This document shows, in pieces, positions 56,844-64,000 of a DNA stretch of 64,000 nt (the stretch's first letter is position 1; each line of letters starts with the position of its first letter). Made by a program: the position numbers and the translations under genes. This stretch comes from Cellulosilyticaceae bacterium. Lineage in GTDB: Bacteria; Bacillota; Clostridia; Lachnospirales; Cellulosilyticaceae. The stretch covers positions 10,371-74,370 of the forward strand of contig JBOFPL010000063.1 in the NCBI GenBank assembly GCA_051659885.1. Direction: 5' to 3'. The notes beneath the pieces are model-generated. The model made no database searches, was not told the origin of the DNA, and saw nothing but the letters and a program-made list of their open reading frames with translations.

Positions 56844-57741
56844 AGAGCGTATTAAAATCTATTGTTCCTGTTACATCTGTTTGTTTTTTCCCATCCTTTA
56901 AAAAACTAATTTTCTTTATCTGTGGTACTTCTGTCAATGAATTAACAATAGAATAGACTAATAATTGTTCTCCTATAGGTGAAGCCATTACCTTATCATA
57001 AGAAAGATCTACTTGTGATACATTTTCTTGTGTCTTTATATCATTTAACTTTGTTCCCACTGGTAACGTAGATATTAACCCCTCTGTTTCAGGCCCCTTA
57101 ATGAGTTCATCCATAATATATTTTTCTAAAGGAATATTTTCATTAAATTGAATATCTCTTGGCTCAGCATATAACTTATCACTATTAGGTTTTGTAAAGT
57201 ACAGAATAATTGTCTGCATATCTGTTGGAGGAGTAGGATCTAAAGCACTCGTTAATACATTAGATCTTGTCATCTCACCTATCTTTTCTCCCTTACTATT
57301 AGTAATCGGTTGATTTTCTTTTAGGAATTCTACTCCTGTAATAAACTCTAAGTCTGTTAATGAATAAACTAATGATGCTCTAATCATCATTTGATCATCT
57401 ATTTCCAATGCAGCATACTCTTCCAAAAAATTAACAAATGCCGTTTGATCCTTTAAACTAATGTTTTTTATTTTCAAATCCATAGGTACACTACCTTGAA
57501 GATTTGTAGTCCTCGGCCCTTTGTTAAGTGCATCTATTACAGCATTCATCTTACTCTCACTTGGTGCCTTTTCATCCAATTGTACCTTTATTTCTTCAAC
57601 AATCCAATCATTTTGATTCGGGTCAAAAAAGTAAAGATTTAAAGTGTCTTCCTGAACATTCATGCTATCTTTTAAGTTACACGCTGTTAAGATGGTAGAC
57701 ATTAATAAGATTAATCCTATTAAACTTGTTATTCTCTTCAT
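56806..57741 (-). CDS. gerM: GerM-like lipoprotein (two GerMN domains)
   Basis: Lipobox LTAC after the signal peptide. Two repeated modules of about 130 aa match the spore-germination GerMN pattern (LNLYFFD.., IILYFTK..). Confidence 0.7.
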   Translation of the reverse strand: MKRITSLIGLILLMSTILTACNLKDSMNVQEDTLNLYFFDPNQNDWIVEEIKVQLDEKAPSESKMNAVIDALNKGPRTTNLQGSVPMDLKIKNISLKDQTAFVNFLEEYAALEIDDQMMIRASLVYSLTDLEFITGVEFLKENQPITNSKGEKIGEMTRSNVLTSALDPTPPTDMQTIILYFTKPNSDKLYAEPRDIQFNENIPLEKYIMDELIKGPETEGLISTLPVGTKLNDIKTQENVSQVDLSYDKVMASPIGEQLLVYSIVNSLTEVPQIKKISFLKDGKKQTDVTGTIDFNTLFERNEELIATEE

Positions 57742-57756
57742 TTTATCTCTCCTCTT

Positions 57757-59193
57757 TTAAACGTGTTTTAATGGGATTTGAACTGTAAAAACAGAACCTT
57801 TTCCCTCTTCACTCTCTACTTGTATTGAACCATTATGCATAATAATTGTTCGATACGTAATAGAAAGCCCAAGTCCGGTTCCTCCTGTTTCTCTATTTCT
57901 TGTTTTATCAGTTCGATAAAATCGTTCAAATATCCTTGATTGTTCTTCCTTAGCAATTCCTATTCCTGTATCTTGTACAGTAATAAATACATCTTGCAAG
58001 TCACTCTGTAGGATAACTCTTACTTCTCCCCCCTCTGGTGTATACTTAATAGCATTTTCAATTAAATTAGAAATTGCTAGTGTTAATTTAACCTCATCAA
58101 TTTCCACAAAAATATCTTTATGACTTTCGTAAATCAATTTGATATCCTTTTTCTTTGCTAGAGGAATTAATCGTTTTAATATAGCTTGAGTCATATCGTT
58201 TAAATTTGTATTTATAATATTAAGGGGAACTTCTTTCTGGTCTAATTTTACTAAAGTCAACAAGTCTGTAATAATATTATTTAAACGATCCACTTCTGAA
58301 TTAATATCCATAAAAAATTCTTTATACATCTCTACAGGCGCATTATCCTGAAAAATTAATGATTCTGTTAAGACTTTAATTGAAGATAGAGGCGTTTTTA
58401 ATTCATGTGATACATTGGATACAAATTCTTGCCTAGAGTGATCTACTCGTTGTAATTGTTCTGCCATATGATTAAAAGCATTTCCTAATTCGGCAATTTC
58501 ATCTTTTCCTTTTACATTAATCTTTTGATCCAATTGCCCATTGGTAACTTTTTGTACAAATTTCATCAGCACTTTAAGTGGTCTTGTAATAAAAGAAGAA
58601 GTAAAAAAGCTTAATAATCCAACTAATAAACTTGTCACTAAAGAAAGTAAATAAACTTGTGTTTTCATTTGATTCAATGATTCATAAATATCATTAATAT
58701 CTGCTGATAAAACGACTGCTCCCAACACTTTATCTTTACTATTTTTATCCTCTATGGCAGCTACTGCACTCATCACTACTTTTTCTTCTTTTTCAAATTT
58801 TTTTGCATTATTAATTTCTTTTTTATTTAGAATATCAAATACTTGGCTATTTAAAATAGTGCTATTACTTTTTCTTCTATCACTAGAATCGGCTAGTACA
58901 TACCCATATTTATCAACCACTACAATCCTTGCACCTATCTCTTCTTTTCGGCTCCAGTTCTTAATCTCTTGTTCAAAAAAATAGGCAGAATTACTATCCA
59001 TTTCTAAAAAGCTACTTTCTCCTATCTGACTAGCCACAAGATTAGCTTGTCTTAGCCAATCCTTCTCACTATTATCTATAAAGTAAGTTTCTATTCTTCC
59101 TAATAACACAGATGAGAAAAACATAAGTGGTATAAAACTTACTGCAAAAAATAAAATAAAAAGCCTCCACCTCAAACTATGAAACCACTTCAT
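57757..59193 (-). CDS. Sensor histidine kinase (2 TM, extracytoplasmic loop, HAMP, HisKA, HATPase)
   Basis: H box SHELKTPLSSI, N box NLIENAIKYT, G1 box DTGIGI, and G2 box GGTGLGLSI. Confidence 0.92.
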   Translation of the reverse strand: MKWFHSLRWRLFILFFAVSFIPLMFFSSVLLGRIETYFIDNSEKDWLRQANLVASQIGESSFLEMDSNSAYFFEQEIKNWSRKEEIGARIVVVDKYGYVLADSSDRRKSNSTILNSQVFDILNKKEINNAKKFEKEEKVVMSAVAAIEDKNSKDKVLGAVVLSADINDIYESLNQMKTQVYLLSLVTSLLVGLLSFFTSSFITRPLKVLMKFVQKVTNGQLDQKINVKGKDEIAELGNAFNHMAEQLQRVDHSRQEFVSNVSHELKTPLSSIKVLTESLIFQDNAPVEMYKEFFMDINSEVDRLNNIITDLLTLVKLDQKEVPLNIINTNLNDMTQAILKRLIPLAKKKDIKLIYESHKDIFVEIDEVKLTLAISNLIENAIKYTPEGGEVRVILQSDLQDVFITVQDTGIGIAKEEQSRIFERFYRTDKTRNRETGGTGLGLSITYRTIIMHNGSIQVESEEGKGSVFTVQIPLKHV

Positions 59194-59194
59194 C

Positions 59195-59884
59195 TTAATC
59201 CTTAAAATAGTAACCTACCCCCCATTTAGTATAAATATATTCTGGTTGTCCTGGATTAGGTTCTATTTTTTCTCTCAGTCGTCTGACATGCACATCTACG
59301 GTTCTTACATCCCCTGGATAATCATGTCCCCATATTGTATCTAATAACTGATCTCGATTATAAACTTTTCCTGGATGTGTCGCAAAAAGTTCCAACATAT
59401 CAAACTCTTTAGCTGTTAAATTAACTTCTTGATTTTTCAAAAACACTCTTCTACTGCTTACTTCTAAACGTAGTTCTCCCACCTCTATACTTTTCTTACT
59501 TTGTTCTTTCTCTTGATGCGCAGATCTTCTTAAAATCGCTTTAATTCTTGCTTTAAGCTCTAAAATATTAAACGGCTTTGTTACATAATCATCTGCCCCA
59601 TATTCTAGACCCATAATTTTATCCATATCTTCTCCCTTAGCCGTTAGCATAATAATAGGAATACTTGAAAATTCCCTCACTAGCTGACACACTTCAAGGC
59701 CATTATATTTTGGTAACATCACATCTAATATCATTACATTATAATTACCTACTTTAACTAAATTCAAAGCTTCTTCTCCATCATAGGCAGCATCTACTTC
59801 CCAACCTTCTTGTTCTAAACTAAACTTAATTCCTTTTACAATTAATTTTTCGTCATCTACTACTAATACTCTACTATTCATCAC
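59195..59884 (-). CDS. OmpR-family response regulator
   Basis: Receiver domain VLVVDDE...ILDVMLP...LTAKG. Winged-helix LTAKEFDMLELFATHPGKVYNRDQLL...VDVHVRRLREK. Confidence 0.94.
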   Translation of the reverse strand: MMNSRVLVVDDEKLIVKGIKFSLEQEGWEVDAAYDGEEALNLVKVGNYNVMILDVMLPKYNGLEVCQLVREFSSIPIIMLTAKGEDMDKIMGLEYGADDYVTKPFNILELKARIKAILRRSAHQEKEQSKKSIEVGELRLEVSSRRVFLKNQEVNLTAKEFDMLELFATHPGKVYNRDQLLDTIWGHDYPGDVRTVDVHVRRLREKIEPNPGQPEYIYTKWGVGYYFKD

Positions 59885-59891
59885 TATCCTC

Positions 59892-60518
59892 CTACTCTAT
59901 TCTTATGAAGTCCTTGAGTGAGTCAAATATTTTATCTCCTATCCCAGGTACCTTCTTTATATCTTCTATTTTTGAAAATGGCCCATTAGCTTCACGGTAA
60001 TCTATAATCTGCCTAGCCCTACTCTCTCCTATTCCAGGCAAACTATCTAATAACGTTAAGCTAGCTTCATTGAGGTTAATCAACTCATTTTCATACTCTC
60101 CATTTTCATACGAATTAGTGGTTTTGTCAATTTTTTCTCCTACTTTAGTAACATATATTTTTTCATTTGCTTTTAATTCCTTTGCTAAATTAATATAAAT
60201 TGGATCAGCTTCTGCATCAAGTCCTCCTGCTAAAGCCACCAATTCATTTAAAATAGATCCTTTTTCTACATAATAAACACCCGGTTGTTCAACAGCTCCA
60301 CATATATATACTGGAAACTTTTCACTTATATTTTCTAAACTAGGTGTAGTTTCTAAATTTTTTGGCAATCCTGTTTCTACGTAAGTATCCCATGATAATT
60401 CATTAACTATTTGTGCTGTACTCTCTTTATCAAATTTATTATAAGTAATTAAACAGCTCATAATGACTATGCCTAAAGTGATACTTACTAACTTATACTT
60501 ACTTAATAATTTTATCAT
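59892..60518 (-). CDS. comEA: Competence protein ComEA (membrane-anchored HhH DNA receptor)
   Basis: TM anchor and SLBB-like middle region. The C-terminus is LNEASLTLLDSLPGIGESRARQIIDYREANGPFSKIEDIKKVPGIG. The start is at 60518 with SD GAGAGGTGA. Confidence 0.9.
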   Translation of the reverse strand: MIKLLSKYKLVSITLGIVIMSCLITYNKFDKESTAQIVNELSWDTYVETGLPKNLETTPSLENISEKFPVYICGAVEQPGVYYVEKGSILNELVALAGGLDAEADPIYINLAKELKANEKIYVTKVGEKIDKTTNSYENGEYENELINLNEASLTLLDSLPGIGESRARQIIDYREANGPFSKIEDIKKVPGIGDKIFDSLKDFIRIE

Positions 60519-60636
60519 ATAATCACCTCTCGTACAAAGTTTTAACATATTTTTCATACTTTAGACACGTTTAGCTTTACTATTTTTAATAGGTTCTGAT
60601 ATACTATTACTATTCGAAAGGAGTATACTATTTATT

Positions 60637-61974
60637 ATGAAAAAAGGGTCTACTATAAAAAAAACCGTCATTTTTACTATGACATTATGTTTAGTTATCT
60701 TAACAATATTTCCATTAAATTTACTAGCCTCACCTTCACAACCTCAAATTCAAGCTGAATCAGTTATCCTTATGGATGCTAAAACGGGTACTATTTTATA
60801 CGAAAAAAATGCAAATAAAAAACAATATCCTGCAAGCATCACTAAGCTAATGACTGCTTTATTAGCTATTGAAAACTTAAAACCTACAGATATCATTTCT
60901 TTTTCTAAAGATGCCATTTTCAGTATTGAAAGAGGTAGTACTCACATCGGTTTAGACGTAGGTGAGCAAATTACCGTTGACCAAGCTCTCCATGCACTAT
61001 TGCTTATGTCAGCTAATGAGGTAGCTAATGGTTTAGCTGAAAAAGTATCCGGTTCTATTGACAACTTTGCAAGTCTAATGACTAGTCGCGCTAAAGATTT
61101 AGGGGCAAAGAATACCCAATTTATGAACCCTCATGGATTACCTCATGAAAATCATTATACTACAGCTTATGACATGGCTCTTATTACACGTCAAATCTAT
61201 AACAATGATTATTTTTTAGAAATTATGTCTACACCAACTTATATTATTCCTCCCACTAATAAATCTACTGAATCTCGACCGCTTTCTCAAGACCATCCAT
61301 TTATGAATAAAAAAAGAAATAGTAAACTATTTAGAGAGGATGTTATTGGAGGAAAAACAGGTTATACAGATATAGCACGTCATACTTTAGTAACTGTTGC
61401 CCGTCGAAATAATATCGATTTGATTGTAGTTATGCTCAAAGGGGAAAAAAGTACTATTTATCAGGATACTTCAACTTTATTAGATTATGGCTTTAATTCC
61501 TATAAAGCAATGGAACTGCATACCCCTAATGATACTTTAGCTAGATTGCCTATTTATTCTATTCAAAGTGGTAAGCTTCATGAGGTAGGAACAGCAAAAA
61601 TAAGTGTTCCTGAAACAAAAAATATCATTGTTCCTAATGACTTAAAACGTCGAGAACTCTCTACAGATGTTAAACTACCTGAGTATTTAGAAATAGGTGT
61701 TAAGGAAGATGAAGTTATTGGTAGTATCAAGTATATTGATTCTGGTAAAACTCTTGCTGAATCCAACTTGCTCATTTCCTCTATAGATTTTACACCTGCT
61801 CCATATAAAGCTAGTTATCCTTCACAATCTCAATCACTTGCTACATTTTACTCTCTCTTTTGGACTATTCCTCTTTTTATAGCTTTTCTATTTTTACTAC
61901 TTATTTTTGTCCAATATAGAAAACGTAATAGATTTAAACATCGTAAATTAAAATTTAGTAAGACAATAAAGTAG
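60637..61974 (+). CDS. D-alanyl-D-alanine carboxypeptidase (peptidase S11) with C-terminal TM anchor
   Basis: Signal peptide, SITK (SxxK), SANE (SxN) and KTGYT motifs. There is a hydrophobic C-terminal segment followed by a basic tail. Confidence 0.92.
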   Translation: MKKGSTIKKTVIFTMTLCLVILTIFPLNLLASPSQPQIQAESVILMDAKTGTILYEKNANKKQYPASITKLMTALLAIENLKPTDIISFSKDAIFSIERGSTHIGLDVGEQITVDQALHALLLMSANEVANGLAEKVSGSIDNFASLMTSRAKDLGAKNTQFMNPHGLPHENHYTTAYDMALITRQIYNNDYFLEIMSTPTYIIPPTNKSTESRPLSQDHPFMNKKRNSKLFREDVIGGKTGYTDIARHTLVTVARRNNIDLIVVMLKGEKSTIYQDTSTLLDYGFNSYKAMELHTPNDTLARLPIYSIQSGKLHEVGTAKISVPETKNIIVPNDLKRRELSTDVKLPEYLEIGVKEDEVIGSIKYIDSGKTLAESNLLISSIDFTPAPYKASYPSQSQSLATFYSLFWTIPLFIAFLFLLLIFVQYRKRNRFKHRKLKFSKTIK

Positions 61975-62008
61975 GGAGATTCTGTTGAATCTCCCTACTT
62001 TATTGTCT
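61961..62008. terminator. Perfect 22-bp hairpin spanning both convergent stop codons (carboxypeptidase gene and rsfS)
   Basis: AGACAATAAAGTAGGGAGATTC-TGTT-GAATCTCCCTACTTTATTGTCT. The TAG at 61972-61974 and the complement of the rsfS TAG at 62007-62009 lie in the two arms. Confidence 0.75.
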
Positions 62009-62351
62009 AAAATATAATTGTTTTGCTATCTTGCCACAAACGATCTAGTGAATAAAATTCTGCATCTTCTTTGTGTAAAATATGAACAATAACATTTTGA
62101 TAATCCATCAATATCCAAGAAGCTGTCTGATAGCCTTCTTTACGATTAACATGAATGTCTTCTTGATCTAATAAGAATTCTACTTCATCTGCTAAAGCTT
62201 TTGTCATTCTTGTATTATTAGCAATAGCAATAATAAATATATCTGTCAAAGTAGTCAATTCATGCACATCTAACGCCTCTATACTTTCTACTTTCTTTTT
62301 ATCCAAAATCTTATATATCTTTTTAGCTAGCTCCATAGAATAATTATTCAA
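62007..62351 (-). CDS. rsfS: Ribosomal silencing factor RsfS (iojap)
   Basis: 114 aa with DIFIIAIANNTRMTKALADEV and SWILMDYQNVIVHILH. It sits downstream of yqeK, as in B. subtilis. Confidence 0.92.
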   Translation of the reverse strand: MNNYSMELAKKIYKILDKKKVESIEALDVHELTTLTDIFIIAIANNTRMTKALADEVEFLLDQEDIHVNRKEGYQTASWILMDYQNVIVHILHKEDAEFYSLDRLWQDSKTIIF

Positions 62352-62369
62352 TCTAACAAAACTCCTTTC

Positions 62370-63347
62370 TTATATTAAAACTGTATTTAATTGAGAACTA
62401 ATTAAATACACGTAGTAAACTACACACATAATTAAGAAAATACACCCTTCTTTTTTAGAAACTTCTCTATCTGATTTACTAAAGATAAATAACATGAAAG
62501 TTGCAATAAGCATAACTATTAAATCTACCATTACAGATTCAGCTGGTATAATATTACCTAATAATGCTGAAGGAAGCCCTACTACAAAACATATATTAAA
62601 TATGTTACTTCCTATAATATTCCCAATCGCAATATCTTGAGCTTGTTTTTTAGCTGCAGTTACAGAGGTTACAAGTTCTGGCAGGGAAGTTCCAAAAGCC
62701 ACAATTGTTAATGAAATAAACTTTTGTCCCACTCCTAAATTTGTCGCAATTGTACTTGCTGCTTCTACTACAAAGTTCCCACCAATCACAATACATCCTA
62801 ATCCCAATACTGTATACAATATTGCTTGTTTTAATGTATATTTAGCTTCAACCTCTTCCGCTTCTCCATTTTTAGCTAATGTTATAAGGTAGTAGAAAAA
62901 CACTAAGAAAAAGATTAAAATTACCATACCATCTGCTCTACTAATCATATCCATAGTTCCATTTCCTAGAACACTATCATTCAAAAGTACAAATAGTAAC
63001 AAACTTACTAAAAAGGTAAATGGTATCTCTTTTTGAATTGTATTATTTTTAACTTTAAGTGGAAATATCCATGCGGATATTCCTATAATTAAAAGGATAT
63101 TTAAAATATTACTTCCCACCACATTTCCTAATACCATATCACTATTTTGACTTAACATAGCTTTAATACTTACTGCAGCTTCTGGCGCACTTGTTCCAAA
63201 AGCTACAATTGTTAATCCTACTAGAATATCTGGTATACGTAAATTTTTAGCAATAGATGCTGCTCCATCTATAAAGTAATCTGCTCCTTTGATGAGCACA
63301 AAAAAACCCACTACTAGTATTAGTATCTGTAATAATGTATCACTCAT
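62370..63347 (-). CDS. Ca2+/Na+ antiporter (CaCA / YrbG family)
   Basis: Two alpha-repeats, GTSAPEAAVS and GTSLPELVTS, each followed by GNVVGSNILN or GNIIGSNIFN. I prefer the ATG at 63347 (SD GGGAGGAA 3-5 nt upstream). Confidence 0.9.
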   Translation of the reverse strand: MSDTLLQILILVVGFFVLIKGADYFIDGAASIAKNLRIPDILVGLTIVAFGTSAPEAAVSIKAMLSQNSDMVLGNVVGSNILNILLIIGISAWIFPLKVKNNTIQKEIPFTFLVSLLLFVLLNDSVLGNGTMDMISRADGMVILIFFLVFFYYLITLAKNGEAEEVEAKYTLKQAILYTVLGLGCIVIGGNFVVEAASTIATNLGVGQKFISLTIVAFGTSLPELVTSVTAAKKQAQDIAIGNIIGSNIFNICFVVGLPSALLGNIIPAESVMVDLIVMLIATFMLFIFSKSDREVSKKEGCIFLIMCVVYYVYLISSQLNTVLI

Positions 63348-63367
63348 AAGTTCCTCCCACATGCTTA

Positions 63368-63928
63368 CTATTTTATAATATTTTCGTATTCTTCAATTAA
63401 TCCTTGTGTTTTAGGATGTACTTCTCCACCTTGCGATTCCACATAATCTTTAGAAGATTTAAGCGCCTTATACATAGCTTTATCTAAATCATATAGTGCA
63501 ATTCTTCTCAGTTCTTCTAACCCCGCATATGGTTTTCTACCATATTCTATCATATCTGCTAAATAAATAATTTTATCTATTTTTGTCATATGTTCTCTAC
63601 CCATTGTATGATATCTAATACTATCAAGTATTATCTCATCCTGTATTCCCCAGTCTGCTTTTAAAATTCCTGCACCCACTTTACCATGTCCTAAATTAAT
63701 ATGTGTCTTCTCAAACTCATCTAATTCTATCTTATACATGATACAAGCTTCTAACATTTTTTCCTCAGAAAGCTCTTTTGCTACATCATGGAATAATGCG
63801 GCTACAAAGATTTTATCAGTGTCTACATCATGTATTTTTGCTAATTCTAACGCCATTTGTACTACGCCCTTGATATGGGCATATCTTGCAGTAGATACCC
63901 TTTGTAATACATAGTTATTCATCTCCAT
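63368..63928 (-). CDS. yqeK: HD-domain protein YqeK (bis(5-prime-nucleosyl)-tetraphosphatase family); reading frame open upstream into nadD
   Basis: RYAHIKGV...AALFHDVAK...HGKVGA...YHTMG...IIYLADMIEYGR. There is no stop codon between this ORF and the NadD-like C-terminus upstream. Confidence 0.9.
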   Translation of the reverse strand: MEMNNYVLQRVSTARYAHIKGVVQMALELAKIHDVDTDKIFVAALFHDVAKELSEEKMLEACIMYKIELDEFEKTHINLGHGKVGAGILKADWGIQDEIILDSIRYHTMGREHMTKIDKIIYLADMIEYGRKPYAGLEELRRIALYDLDKAMYKALKSSKDYVESQGGEVHPKTQGLIEEYENIIK

Positions 63929-64000
63929 GACAAGTTCCTTATTAAAGGATATTTGATGGACATATAATTTATGCTTATCTATATACTTTTCTACTTCTTC
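63929..64000 (-). CDS. nadD: 3-prime end of nicotinate-nucleotide adenylyltransferase-like ORF (edge-truncated), in frame with yqeK
   Basis: My translation gives EEVEKYIDKHKLYVHQISFNKELV. The V-x-x-Y-I-x-x-x-x-LY ending is the usual NadD C-terminus. nadD-yqeK adjacency is conserved in Firmicutes. Confidence 0.6.

Noticed and set aside
1-64000. CRISPR arrays, toxin-antitoxin pairs, retron, restriction or other defence loci, prophage or IS elements
   Set aside because: There are no regularly spaced direct repeats. No intergenic gap longer than about 290 nt exists, and the largest is the T-box. Every sizeable ORF has a recognisable housekeeping, cell-wall, sporulation or chaperone identity. I cannot exclude small elements without a computational scan.

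Overview
Low-GC (about one third G+C) core chromosome from a spore-forming Firmicute, probably a Clostridia/Lachnospiraceae-like organism. About 93% of the window is coding and most genes lie on the minus strand. Reading the minus strand from right to left, the order is: nadD (3-prime end), yqeK, Ca2+/Na+ antiporter, rsfS, (D,D-carboxypeptidase on +), comEA, response regulator, histidine kinase, gerM, comEC, holA, (rpsT on +), gpr, spoIIP, lepA, hemW, hrcA-grpE-dnaK-dnaJ with a perfect CIRCE operator, prmA, rsmE, cysteine desulfurase, thiI, (HPr-like on +), mtaB, ireB, ruvX, DUF1292, fur-family, RNase J, (mltG-trmR-U32-sigK on +), L,D-transpeptidase, M18 aminopeptidase, ppiB, M19 dipeptidase, DUF1292, GIY-YIG, exported cyclophilin, K+-channel-like ORF, parE/parC-like topoisomerase, proB, DUF896, proA, ruvA, ruvB, zapA, long U32 protein, SEDS + class B PBP pair, NUDIX, (tRNA-Leu on +), ECF sigma/anti-sigma, glyQS behind a glycine T-box, ppdK, dnaG (5-prime part). 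This is largely collinear with the B. subtilis yqeK-to-mtaB and ireB-to-yrrO blocks. I saw no CRISPR array, integrase, transposase, phage or recognisable defence genes, and no long unexplained intergenic region. My honest reading is that this is an ordinary housekeeping region and not an accessory island. The findings are therefore modest: an apparent nadD-yqeK in-frame fusion at the window edge, a Shine-Dalgarno-less and possibly leaderless half-UvrC gene, a Cys/His-tagged DUF1292 paralog, a His15-less HPr-like ORF, a two-component system plus gerM inserted inside the comE cluster, a split proB/proA, and several promoter, operator and hairpin motifs. All calls come from reading the translations and DNA by eye. 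No homology search was run.
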